64,000 nucleotides of DNA, from NCBI GenBank assembly GCA_964247055.1, contig OZ176054.1, forward strand, positions 2,294,001-2,358,000. Direction: 5' to 3'. The stretch comes from Paragordius varius. Lineage: Eukaryota > Animalia > Nematomorpha. The first letter of the stretch is position 1. Each line of letters opens with the position of its first letter. This document shows, one piece after another, positions 26,575 to 38,795 of the stretch. The notes beneath the pieces are model-generated. The model was given only the letters and a program-made list of their open reading frames with translations, searched no databases and was not told where the DNA came from. The translations under genes were made by a program, and so were the position numbers.

Positions 26575-29054
26575 ATGTTTTCAACTTCTTTGACAAACCT
26601 GGAGAATTCAAACGCCATAGATTCTCCCCCCGCTACTGATGAAGGTATACCCATGGTTAAGATTCAAAAATTCATCTCAATATTTGTCCCATGCATTTTC
26701 AGTTTGATTGTGTTAATTGGTGTGGTAGGTAATCTGTTAGTTACGTTTGTGGTCGTTTCCAACCGCAAAATGCAATCTGTTACAAACATTTTAATCCTTA
26801 ACCTAGCCATTGCCGATTTGAGTTTCATTGTATTATGTGTCCCGTTCACTGCTATGATTTATGCCTTGTTCAGTTGGCCATTTGGTACGATGGCTTGTAA
26901 GCTTTACCAATACATGGTTAACGTGAGTGCATACGCTAGTGTTTATACGCTCGTTCTCATGTCGTTAGATCGATATCTTGCTGTAGTTTATCCCATCAAA
27001 TCAATGTCATACCGGAATCCCAAGAATGCTTGGAGATGGGCCGGTATTCTTTGGTGCATCATACTGCTTATAAATAGTCCAATCCTGTACCTGTATCAAG
27101 CTATTTCATATCAAACACCTGTGATGACGCCAACATCAAATAACCAAGGCGACAACAATAATAGAAATCTAAACCAAAATACGCAATCACCAATAACATT
27201 ATCTACTAGTTCCTTATTTAACTTGGAAAGTACGACTCCCCCCGTACTGGTCTCAAACCAAACAGCAACAACAACCGATTCCGTTACCAAATATGTGTGT
27301 GCAATTGCTATCAATGGGGAAGAGTTTGTTCAGGGTGCCCGTATCTTGTATGCCCTGTTTTTTGTTTTGGCTTACGTTGCCCCGTTAATCATTATTGTCT
27401 TACTATATTTTGGGCTCCTTCGTCGACTTTGGAAAAGTAAACCGGCCACAAGTATTGGAGCAGCGGGTGTTAAAACAACCATCGCCAATAAAGTTAATAT
27501 CAAAACCGGCAATAACCAGCCGCTAACTTATTCCGAACAACCACTCATGAAACAATCCCACAATTATTTGTTAAATAACACCCACCACGGCGATAACCAC
27601 GAAAACTGTGAAGATGAATGGGACATTGATGAAAATAGGGAAAGTCTCCTGATACCAAATCCACAGGAATCGATGAAAACAGACGTCCAATACCATCAAC
27701 CATTTCTACAGCAAAATCAAAGCAATTTAGTGAAAGAAGGAGAAGAAAATACTACAAAAAGCAAACAATTACGTTTTAAGCACTCAGACTCTACGATTCA
27801 CAATAATAATAATCTTACGTTCCTCCCGACCAAAGGTAAATCTAATCGATGGAACAAAGCTGCTATCATGTCCCATTTATCAGTCCGATCATTAAAGCAG
27901 CGCCAACAAAAAGCTAAAGAGCAACAACAAAAACACCTTTCTTTGTTAACACGATGTCAAACAGTCAATTCGCCTCCCTATGGCTCTACAAACATTGCAT
28001 CGAATCCGGCATATATAGATGATAAAGGTATGTATTTTTGTATTCCAAGTACCTTCCGTGTAAAAAACAGCTCCATATCTATCATTTATATGCTTTCACG
28101 GGCCGCATTTTTAACTATAAAAGCCGGCGGGCCGCATTCGTGGGTATTCATAAATTTTAATTTTAAATTTAAATCAATTTTGCCAAGATTTAATGCGCAT
28201 ATTTTTTGCAAATTATGAATTTCCAAATTTTTGGCGGCCCATAAAGCTCGGAGGGCCCCATGTTGGACTCCCCTTGATTTATAAGTGTTACCTATATATT
28301 TTTTTCTTTTTAAGAGAACTTTTGTGGAGTTGAGGAAGAAAATACAGGTCTGTCAGGCACCCAAGTCTTACAAAAAATCAAGGATCAAAAGTTAAAAGAA
28401 ACGCGACGCAGTAAACGCCGCGTAACACGTATGGTAACGATTGTCGTTATAATATTTGCCCTTTCCTGGTTACCGAATAACCTTATTTTTCTCATCATAC
28501 ATTTTGGTACGTATCCTGAGACGCCCTTGTTTATTGGCCTACAAATTTTCGCTCAATGTTTAGCGTACATGAATTCGTGTGTTAATCCCATCCTATATGC
28601 CTATCTATCGGACAATTTTCGCAAAGCTTTTTGCCTTATCCTAAGCAAATTTAGGTGTTGGAAACCATGCTTATTTACCGACAGTATCGCATTAGGGGTA
28701 ACCGGTATCAAAGATACGACTATGATAGATGAAAGAGCCGATACTGTAGGATATAAACCTGGTCGGATTCGAACATCTCTTCAACCAATTTTTCCTCTCA
28801 AAAGTAATAATAATGAAACTACTGCGACAAAGACAATAAAAAGCAACAAAAATAAAGCTCGCTCCAGTGCTAATGGTAAAAAGTTTGATGATTTTTCAGC
28901 CAAACAAACTCCACAGTTGAGTACGACGGATGAATTAACCAATACAACAACTATCTTTTCGCATAACGCAAACAGCTCACCAACAATCACTCCTGAAGTC
29001 AATGGATACTCCAATGTTAAAAGTATAACGGTACATAATATAAATCTTAACTAA
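26575..29054 (+). CDS. AstA-R: Allatostatin-A / galanin-type class A neuropeptide GPCR, ~730 aa; exons 26575-28027 and 28315-29054
   Basis: Seven TM segments with GVVGN, NLAIADL, AYASVYTLVLMSLDRYLAVV, SKRRVTRMV, FALSWLP and LAYMNSCVNPILYAYLSDNFRKAF, which match AstA-receptor signatures. The phase-1 intron AAG|GTATGT (28028) ... TTTTTAAG|AG (28314) joins the two ORFs in frame (2193 nt). Confidence 0.9.
28090..28276. mobile_element. Degenerate hAT-like MITE remnant in the GPCR intron
   Basis: Repeated CGGGCCGCATT motifs and a terminal ATGTTGGACTCCCCT, resembling the 57864-58096 element. Confidence 0.45.
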
Positions 29055-29504
29055 AAATATATGTTAGAAAACGAATATTTAGTAAGTTTAGATGTTTGAA
29101 ACAGTAAGTACTATTATGCTATATAAATTGTATGTGTAATTTATTGAAAAAAGCGTTTAATGTGTACATATCATATCCTTTAGCTTTGATTGCTTGATTG
29201 ATTGAATGATTGATTATGGCTGAATAGAGAGCTGATAAATGGTTGATATATAATCATTTAAGTGTAATAATTTATTTAATGGCAACAACATAATGTATTT
29301 TATAAACCAATCAATATATGATTCCGCTCTAATTTGACGACGGGAAAAAACGTTTACTACATTCATTTTATAATATTTTACAGTTTTTAATAAAATATAA
29401 TAATAATAATTGATTAAATATAATTTTTGCAACAACCATATCGTTCATTGATTTATTAATCAAATTATAATTTTTCTAACCAACACATATTTTAACATTT
29501 TTAG

Positions 29505-29996
29505 CTAACAAGTAATAAACCAACACCAAATTTTTATAATCCCATGTCGGATAAAAATATGACATCTAGTCTGACGACATCTACAAACCATCCCACAAAA
29601 TTAAACGATAAAATGGTGCAAAGTTTGGCATTAGAGAAATGCAAAATTCTTAAGACGGAGCAAACGTATCCCATATTAATCCCAACTGATGATATTAATG
29701 TGGATGAGATAAATAATGATAAAATCACCACCAGTAATCAATCAAAGGATAATATTACTAATTTGGATTTACAGGATTCTCTGGATTCTAACCAAACAAC
29801 TCCAATAAATAATCAGAATAAATATGATGATAAAACTAATGTCCAACCATCATGCCAAAATGTTGTGTCTAAAGCAATGATGAATAACACAAATTTCAAA
29901 GCAAATTCTAAGGATGCTCCTACGTTTGATACAGTTACAACAAATAACAAACATATTACAATCAAAAATGATGCCTTTAACATAGTTTATCTATAA
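29505..29996 (+). CDS. Probable additional or alternative terminal exon of the GPCR (163 aa, low complexity)
   Basis: Branch-point-like TTCTAAC (29474-80), acceptor TTTTTAG|CTA (29504/5) and an open frame to 29996. A phase-0 donor ACG|GTACAT at 29031 is frame-compatible. AATAAA overlaps the stop. Confidence 0.55.
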   Translation, partial: LTSNKPTPNFYNPMSDKNMTSSLTTSTNHPTKLNDKMVQSLALEKCKILKTEQTYPILIPTDDINVDEINNDKITTSNQSKDNITNLDLQDSLDSNQTTPINNQNKYDDKTNVQPSCQNVVSKAMMNNTNFKANSKDAPTFDTVTTNNKHITIKNDAFNIVYL

Positions 29997-30767
29997 ATAA
30001 ATATTTAATATTATATATATTAATAAAATATTTTAAAAGTTAGTGCAGAAGCGACAAAAGCATCATAATGAACATTAAAATTTAATTGGCAATTAAATTT
30101 TTTTGTAGTAGAAAGTAACCAAGAATTTTTAATTAGCCCCTTTCGGGCACTTTTTTTGGAAAAATATTATTTCCAAAAATTGCGGCTGATGAAATTTGGA
30201 ATTATCATAAAACGTTTACAGCCAATTATCCTCCCAAGTAATTGATTTAAAATATCACATATCATAAACGAGAGCCTTTTTTTCGCTTAGCTTCCCTTTC
30301 CTATCAAAAGCATGAATGGCAAATATTCCTCAAATATAGTCAGTCACTGAATGTAAAATCTACTAAGTGTAAGTCAAAAACGTTTACGAATCATAGAAGT
30401 TAAGCATATCTTATTGTAAAAATTAAAAATGATGACATATATATAGATTTCGAATTCGCCCTAAAATAGTTTGCGTGTTTTTAGGCCAAATAATTGAGAT
30501 TAAACATTTGTTTACTTGTAAAACAAAAAAATATAGATAATTTTTTATGTTAAATGTTTTATTGATAATGGTACAAATTATGATTAACAATTTTGACGTA
30601 ATGTACGTAATGTCTATAATTTAATTAGGCTTTGAGACATATAATTTGTTTTCCGGAATTGGAAATGCTAAAGGGTGAAAATGATATGTTAAGTTAATTT
30701 ATAATTAAAAATAACTTCGAATGGTGCGAGATGGTGACATATAAGTTTACACTAAATGGTATACATA

Positions 30768-31951
30768 CACTGTGTTCAAAAAAATTTCGCAATTTTTTTT
30801 TTCATATGATAGCTTATGACCAGCGTATTCATTAGCTGTAAATTAACGACCTAGTTTTTATATCAGGAGAAAATCGAAATCGGTAAAAAAGTGAAAATTA
30901 AGGATAATTCAAAAAATAATGATAAAAGTTGAGTTATAATGGTTGATTATCATTTTAGGTATTTTCTATATATAAATAGCCTAAAATCATATAAATAGGG
31001 TTTCTAAAAAATCTCAGATCGAAAGACGTTTTTCTCTTAACACACTTAAAAGTCAAAAAAATATTTTAAAACTATATGAAAATAATTTTTTTAATTACTA
31101 GCTAAACTCACTATTAAAATCTTAACATTCTTGTTTTTCAGTAAAAAAAACTATATCAAAAAAAATTTTTTTTTTATTTTTTCATTTTTCTGTCATCTGG
31201 TTTATGAATGTACAAAAAATTAATACTGCTTTATTTTGGAATTACATGAGTGGAAGTTATAAAGTATATATTTTATTCAAAATAGGAATTAAAAGTAGTA
31301 TAAAATCAACCAAATATCAGTACATATCCCAGTAAAAATAATAATTTATGTTAGAACAAAGTTAGAGGGATTTATACGGATTGTTGGTTGATATTCCATT
31401 ACTTTTAAATCCTAGTTGCATAAATTATATACTTTTTGAGTCCCAAAATAAAAAAGAATAAATTTTTTATACACTCTAACCAGATGACCAAAAATGCAAA
31501 AATAAAAAACAATATTTTTTAGTTTATTTTGATATAGATTTACTGAAAAACATATGAATGTTAAGATTTTAATAGTGAGTTTAGCTAGTAAATAATTTAA
31601 AAATTTCAATAGTTTCTTAAATATTTATTTGACTATAAGTGTTTTAAAATAAGAACGTCTTTTGATCTGAAATTTTTTTATAGAAACCCTATTTATATGA
31701 TTTTAGGCTATTTATATATAGAAAATATCTCCTAAAATGATAATCAACCATAATATCTCAACACTTTTAACATTATTTTTGAATTATCCTTAATTTTCAC
31801 GTTTTACCTGATTTCGATTTTCTCTTGATATTTTAGAAATTAGGTCGTCAATAAATTAAATTTTTGCGGCAAATGAATAAGCTAGTAATAAGCTATCTCA
31901 TGAAAAAAAAATTTTTGTTAAAAAAATTAACCCTCTTTTTTGCAATCAGTG
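30768..31951. mobile_element. ~1.18-kb foldback MITE with ~480-bp inverted arms and Tc1-like termini
   Basis: TA|CACTG at the left end and CAGTG at the right. ATTTTCTATATATAAATAGCCTAAAATCATATAAATAGGGTTTCTA (~30961) is mirrored by TAGAAACCCTATTTATATGATTTTAGGCTATTTATATATAGAAAAT (~31681). Confidence 0.85.
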
Positions 31952-32447
31952 CACATAGACCTGTTATGCAAAATGTCTATGTTTGGTGCTGCTGCCTGCT
32001 TGATTAAAAACCGTTTTATGCGACCAATTCGACGCTGATTTAAACTCTTTTTCTCATTTTAAAATAAAAAGTTTTAGTAACATATGTATTTATACATTTA
32101 GAGAAAAAATAACAACTCAGATTATTAGTTCTCTTAGGTCGGGAAAATTTTAAATAATTATTTCTAACTATAATATCTATCCATTACTAAAATCACTTCA
32201 AACACGTCCATAAATCAGCGAAACAATCTTTCTGTATATATCAATATAAATGCATAAAATATTTTATTGATTATTATTGTGTCATAACAAAAGCTTTTTA
32301 CATGGATTTATTAAAGGTAACTAAAATCACAGATACATAATTAAAAAATGAGAAGAGCCAAGCTCGCAATGATTGCGTATAATTAGTTATTGAATAAATT
32401 TCCTAAACATTGATATCAATTCTGATAAAAAAGCAGTTCTTATTCAT

Positions 32448-33515
32448 TTAGTCAGATTTGCTGTATTTACTGACAAGTTTAGTTTTAAATGAGTCAGCAT
32501 CGATATACTTTTCACGAACTTTTTGATAAATGACAGCGGAAGTGGTAAGGAAATTGCCCCAAAATAGAACCAGAAAAACAAAACTAATAACTGGCACTTG
32601 CCATTCATGGCACTCAGGCATTCGACTCAGTTTGTAAAGCGTGTATGCATTGTAGCCTTGGAAGAAATAACCGCCATAGAGAAAAGGTAGTAGGAAAGAT
32701 AAACCCTTCCACATCCAAGACTGAAATCCTTCGACCGTTATGTCCAACAAATTTTCTCGTTCGCCCAAAGCCTTAAGGCGATACAGGACACCCTTTTGGT
32801 ACTTGTACTGCAGTATTTGTAGGAAAGATATGTAAAGGGAAAAAGACATAAACTGACGTCGAAACGATTGATAGATGAAACCATCTGGCCAAGTTAAGAT
32901 AACACCACATAGGAAAGCTGATATGTAATGATGAAATATCCACCAACCCTTAATTTTTGATCCATTTAAACGTAAAATACTTTCGCGTATAGTAAGCGTA
33001 CAATAATACCAAACTAATAAAAAGCAGAATCCGGCATCAAAAGCCCGAAAAAACTGACGTAACAATAAATTAATGATGGATAAAACGGCAATAATCATTG
33101 TAACAGTAACTTTAAAATTTTCATAATTCTCTTTGTACTTAAATTTCTTTTCTTTGGTGGATAAAGTGAGATTCAAATCACCGAGTATTATTTTCAGGTA
33201 CAAACTATTTTTCTTCGGCAACGTACTTTCCATATCCTTGAGAACATCATTGGTCGAATATATTTTATGTTTAAGCTCTTTGATTTGGTTTACATGATGA
33301 GCATCTTTAAGGTGTTTTAAAGAATTTAAAATTTTTTTATTATTGTATTTGTGATGTTTGATAAGCTTTAAACAATGATCTTCGGAATCATGTAAATTCT
33401 TTAAGCATTTTGTATAATTTTCATAAGATTGCTCCAATGTACCGAATTCATTTTGTAAATTTTTCCAATTTTCAAGGCATTTCTCAAAAGTTTCGATTTC
33501 AACACCATCGCCCAT
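32448..33515 (-). CDS. TMEM120: TMEM120 (TACAN/TMPIT) family membrane protein, 355 aa, single exon
   Basis: N-terminal coiled coil followed by family motifs LSIILG-like LKIILGDLNLTL, KFKYKENYENFK, FLLVWYYCTLTIRESILRLNGSKIKGWWIFHHY and ITVEGFQSWMWKGLSFLLPFL. Confidence 0.95.
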   Translation of the reverse strand: MGDGVEIETFEKCLENWKNLQNEFGTLEQSYENYTKCLKNLHDSEDHCLKLIKHHKYNNKKILNSLKHLKDAHHVNQIKELKHKIYSTNDVLKDMESTLPKKNSLYLKIILGDLNLTLSTKEKKFKYKENYENFKVTVTMIIAVLSIINLLLRQFFRAFDAGFCFLLVWYYCTLTIRESILRLNGSKIKGWWIFHHYISAFLCGVILTWPDGFIYQSFRRQFMSFSLYISFLQILQYKYQKGVLYRLKALGERENLLDITVEGFQSWMWKGLSFLLPFLYGGYFFQGYNAYTLYKLSRMPECHEWQVPVISFVFLVLFWGNFLTTSAVIYQKVREKYIDADSFKTKLVSKYSKSD

Positions 33516-33616
33516 ATGTTATTGGAATGATTCCAAAATCTTAAAAAGTGTCATGTGCTGTTTTAAAATTGGACGTTTCTTATACATTTGGTATTATTAT
33601 TATATAACACTTTTAA

Positions 33617-35190
33617 ATTGGGATATTTAAATACCCCAGATATTATTTCGTTAAATATTATTAAAAACTATCAAAAGAAATGATTTAAATTTACACTCCT
33701 ATCCTAATATAAATATATATAAGCCAAAATATCTAAAAAATTGGTTTTGGAAAAAAATTTCATATCAAACTACTTGGACGCCATTTTTATTTAATAATAT
33801 TTTTGAAAAATATCGCGTTAAGATTAAAGCTAAATGCATATTTATATCACATATAATATTAATAAAAAGAAAAAAAGTGGTTTATTTTGTAATATTTTCA
33901 AATTTAAATATGCACACATGTCATGATGGCTAAACATTTTCGGATTTATCCATAAAAAAGTAAAATCAAGTATTTTGAATGATTTTTTTTATATTTCTGT
34001 TAAATAATATGATATAAGGGCAAACTATTGCCATGGTTTTGACTTCCATATTTTTTAAGTAATTAATTTTAAACAAACCTGAGTTATCCAACTACCCTAA
34101 TTTGAATCGAAGGACGGAAACGAATGTGTTGCATTTAATAATTAACCACATTTTCTAACTATTATATCATTTATTCTAATTGCATTAGCAATTAAAAAAA
34201 GTTAAAATCAAAAAATTGACGGTGAAAAATTTAAAATTAAGGTTTTTCACAATCAAGTTTTCTAAAAAAAATTTTGATTATGCGCCTAAAAGGTTAAAGA
34301 AAGCATATTTTTAAATTCGGCTAAATACGTTAAATTATTAAAATGTTCAAAAATTAAATCCCTCTGGGTATAAAACTAGCCAAAACAATCATGGATTGTT
34401 AATGATGCTGAACATTTTTATCACCTCAGAATTTAGTCAAAATAGGCGTTCGTCTTCAAATTTAAGTAGAATGTAAATTGTGTTTTTTTGCGAAAATTCC
34501 ACCATGAAAGCAAACAATAATTAAAATCCTGAAGGGATAATATGTCCACCATGATCGAAATCCATAGAAAAAGTTTTCATAATATCTTAAACCGTTTTAC
34601 CGTTTACATGTTTCAAAATAGGAATCACGGTTCAATAAAATTTTGCTAAAAATTAAATTTTTTAAAAAAGTTAACATTTTTAACACTTGGATGCATCGAT
34701 TTTAGTCCTAGATTCAAATTAGTGTTTAAAAAATTCTTTAAAAAAATGGAAGGAATCGAAACCATGGCAAAATTTTGCACTTATATAACATTAATAAATC
34801 GAAATATATAAAAAATTTATTCCAAAATACTGTATTTTACTTATTTTAAGCTAAAACCCAAAGGTAAAGTCAACGTGACATGTCTGCAATGGTAAAATTA
34901 AGAAAAAATACAAAATAAACCACTTTTTCCATTTCTATCAATGTTAGATATAATTTAAAAAAAAATTAGCATTAATTTTACATTTAAAATTGCATGAAGA
35001 CAATATGTTGCAAAAATAAAAATGGCGTCGAAGTAGTTTGACATGGAACTTTTCATTCAAATCTAGGTTTGGCTTATTTATATAATTTTTATTAGGATAG
35101 AAGCACGGGACCGTTTCCTTCAGTTTTTTTAAAATACTAATTTTAATTAAGTCTGGGGTATTTAAATACCCCATTTTGAATCGAGGTGTT
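33617..35190. repeat. Two family-A copies in inverted orientation (33617-34140 minus; 34740-35190 plus)
   Basis: AACTACTTGGACGCCATTTTTAT (~33770) vs ATAAAAATGGCGTCGAAGTAGTT (~35017). The outer ends carry the GGGGTATTTAAATACCCC palindrome or a variant of it. Confidence 0.7.
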
Positions 35191-36565
35191 TAAAAATTGA
35201 TACATGTATATTAATGATATTTTTTCGAATCAAGCATTTTAGCTTTTACTAAAAAACATTGTTTAGCAAAATGTGCACAGTTACCAAAGAAAAGTAAATA
35301 ACTTTCTTAAATGTTTAGACTTAAATCAAAAGCACCATGAACCTTTTATACTTTTCTTTTCGAATATATATTTCATCAGGATATTTATTTATGGACACGT
35401 TAATACTCCTTTAGCAAAAAAAATTTTTTTTAAATGATGGCGACGCAAAAGATTGAGATGATGAGTTTTTATAATTATTCATTACTTTAATATTTTTTAA
35501 AGTATGCGCTTAAAGGGCTATAGAAAGCATATATCCCAAAAGAAAATGAAGTTCAAAATTATTCGTAAACAGCATCATGATACTGATACATTTGCTAAAA
35601 TAAATATGGGTATTTTTATACTTCCAGATTATGTGCATAATGGTACCTAAAATTATAATATAAGTAACCAAATCAAATAAAAAAAAACGTTTTGTCCACT
35701 TCTATGGTAATCTAAATAAAATCACAATTTAGCGTACGATATTAAGTATAAAACAATTTATGGAAGCCAAATGCTAGTAAATTATAGTAAATAGATTAAA
35801 GATTGCACACAAAATTATATCTGGATAATACTTAAAAAATATTTAGACGTTTATTCTAAATAACCGCTTATAGAGGAGATTGACACTTTATCCACATCTA
35901 AAAATATTTTTTAAAAAAATTTGATTTATCTTTTAAAATATGGTTAATGATTAACTTTCATGATGTTTTTGGGAGGGGAGCGTATATCTTTCACGAAACA
36001 TTTTTTATTTAGCACAATGTGAACAAATTTAACGATTTTTCCATATGTAGTGACCACAAATTTTTAAACGATTCGTAAGGCCCAATATCATGAGCATTGT
36101 GAATCCTTATGCATTTTTAATTAGAATTATGCTTATTTTATCAATATTTTTGTGCACTTTGTATGTTTTTATCTGAGATGAAGATACCCATTTTAGTTAT
36201 TTCGTAGAAAGAGCTGGCCTCCTTAAAAAACTAAATGCCAAAATTAAATATACGCCAAATTATCATTCTTATATAACTTTTTACTAAAAGCATAACACAG
36301 AGCATACAAATAAATTTATTTGAAGATCTTTATTTTCAGATTATATCAATATTCATATAATAAAATTGGTTTTGTGTTGTAAGAGGGACTAATAGGGTTA
36401 TTTTCATTTTTAAGGTTTTTGCTCCATATCGAAAAAATCCAAAATTAGAATATATTTTGTTAATTTTTTTGTTGAAGGCTAAATAACTCATCCCCAAATA
36501 ATATAATTAGAATATATCATTTACTATACTTCAAAGCAAATATGAATCTAAATGTGGCCTATGAG

Positions 36566-38795
36566 TAAGGTGACCAGATTTTTTGAAGGAAAAAGCGGAA
36601 CAAATCTGAGAAAGGGGTGGGGGTATGGGAGTACAATTTTTATACAAAAAATTTATTCTAATATTTATTTATTTTTAACACAATTACGCTTTAAATATAA
36701 GAAAATATTTTATTCCTTGATACATTTTTATTTGAGTGAATGCGTTTTAGCAGATTGTCATCATTTTTTAAAATATTTTAAAAGTCTTCACAAGAATTTG
36801 TCAAATAATATTTGACAGATAAAATAGCCTTTAAAGTTTAAACATTTAAATTTGATTATTCCGATGTCCACACCCTGATTTACTGTGGAAAACGCGCTCA
36901 GTAGCAGCGTTGGTGTCAAGTTAAGATAGTGCAAATTCCACAATTTTTAAAATATTATTGTCTGGAACATAGTTTTCAAAATGATGAAATATTTCTACAT
37001 TTCTTTTCTACTGTATTTTTTTCTGTTGTCCATAATTTAAGTTTTTCATTATAATATATTTTTTAACTGATGATACTTCAGAAAAAAGATCATTTTCTGA
37101 AAAATTACTTTTTGGGAATTTTGGGGAGATGCAGATGTAATCAAATGATTGAACATCGCACCAATTAAATTCTGGTTTTAATCCAATGAAAATGATCAAT
37201 TTCATTGAATTGCACCCTCCAGTCTTCCAAATAATCTTTAAAGTTTTTAGAAAACTTTTTTATATGGTACAGGATATCTGGGCGATTTATTAAGCCTTGT
37301 TTTTCTAAATTATTTATAATATTCCGGATGGTTAATGGTATAAAATTATTTGCTAACCTTTCTAGACATTGGAATTTTAGGTTACTAACTTAATTAACTA
37401 CTTCGATTGCCGAAGTCATTTTCTATCAATTGAATAACATTTAAGAAAGAAGCTTTATTATGTAGTAACTCTAACCATATTTTTGTTCTAAAAACTTTTC
37501 CAAAGTTGTGTGACATTTGTCCTGTGATAAAAAATAGGAGTTTAAAGATAATACATTTTAAAATTCTTTCGATGGCTGGCAGAAGAGCTAACCAACGAGT
37601 TTTACGAAATCCAAGCATTTTTTGATATTGAACTTCTGCATTTTCACAGAATTCCTGCGTTTCAACGCGTACCGTGTATATAAAAATAGGAATATATTTT
37701 AACAACTACATTTTCCACATCTAGGGGTAACAAATCAGCTGCACACCCAACGCCAATAATGTTTTAATTAATCTGCTAATTTATGGAAAATATTTTTTGT
37801 TCCCTCCTAGCTTTTCCACCGAACTATTGGTGTTGTCAGCCCAATATGCGATGATTTTGTCTTTTAAATTATTTTTTTCTAGAATATCCATTATTGAAGT
37901 AAAAATTATGTCGGAATTTTCATCGAGTAGAGAAATAATCTAACATTTTTTTACACCGGTTTCTGGATCAAAATATCCTATTAAAGTGGGAAAAATATTG
38001 TTTCCTTGTGATTTGATGCATAAGAGTATAGCGATATGAAATTAATTTTAAGCAAATCTTTTTGTATTTCAGAAAATGCACGTAGCGAAAGGACATTGCA
38101 TACGATGGCTTCAGCCTTTGTACGGGCACGAATAACCTGTGAGGTACAATCCATAGATCTAAAGGATGATTGTGATTAACACGTGAAAAGATAACGCCTT
38201 CGGCTAGTGCCAAATTCTTTTCTTCCTCACCAAAAGCGGTTTTTTGATAAAAATCGCTAATTTTTTAAGTTGATGCCGCCATATATAAACATTTTTTATG
38301 TTTCCGTGTTTCCATATGCTTTGTAATATCATGCTTGCCGCCATGTGCTAGGGTGAATTCCCCCTCGCATATAAGACATTTAACAGATGATTCATTCTTC
38401 GTTTTTTTTGATAAAAGGAAATTGTTTATTTATCGTTGAATTTACAACCTCTTTTTGTACTCATATTTTTAAACTAATATAAGTATATAAAAATATTTTA
38501 TTACCTTAATTTTCTGGAGTAAACGTATAAGCTACCGATTTGTGGTATTAATTTTCTTTTTGATAATGTTGGCATTAGGAGTAGGGAGCAAAGTGTATAA
38601 TCATATAATATAAATTCGAAAAAAATAAATATTTTTTTAAAAATGAAAAATTTTAATTTAAAATTGATATAGATTTTAAGGATAACTAATGATAAAAAAT
38701 TTAAACGGATTAAAAAAATTTTTTATAAAAAATTTAAATGTATTTTAAATTTTTTTTTATATAATCGTGAAAAAGCGGGACGTCTGGTCACCCTA
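36566..38795 (-). mobile_element. hAT DNA transposon (probably Blackjack-like), decayed and internally deleted, 2230 bp
   Basis: TIRs TAAGGTGACCAGA / TCTGGTCACCCTA with an exact 8-bp TSD CCTATGAG (36558-65 and 38796-803). Minus-strand transposase fragments ([40 protein letters not shown]). Confidence 0.92.

Noticed and set aside
28028-28218. C-terminal ~63 aa of the 547-aa track ORF (GMYFCIPSTF...)
   Set aside because: Read-through into the intron; splicing at 28027/28315 restores TM6-TM7.
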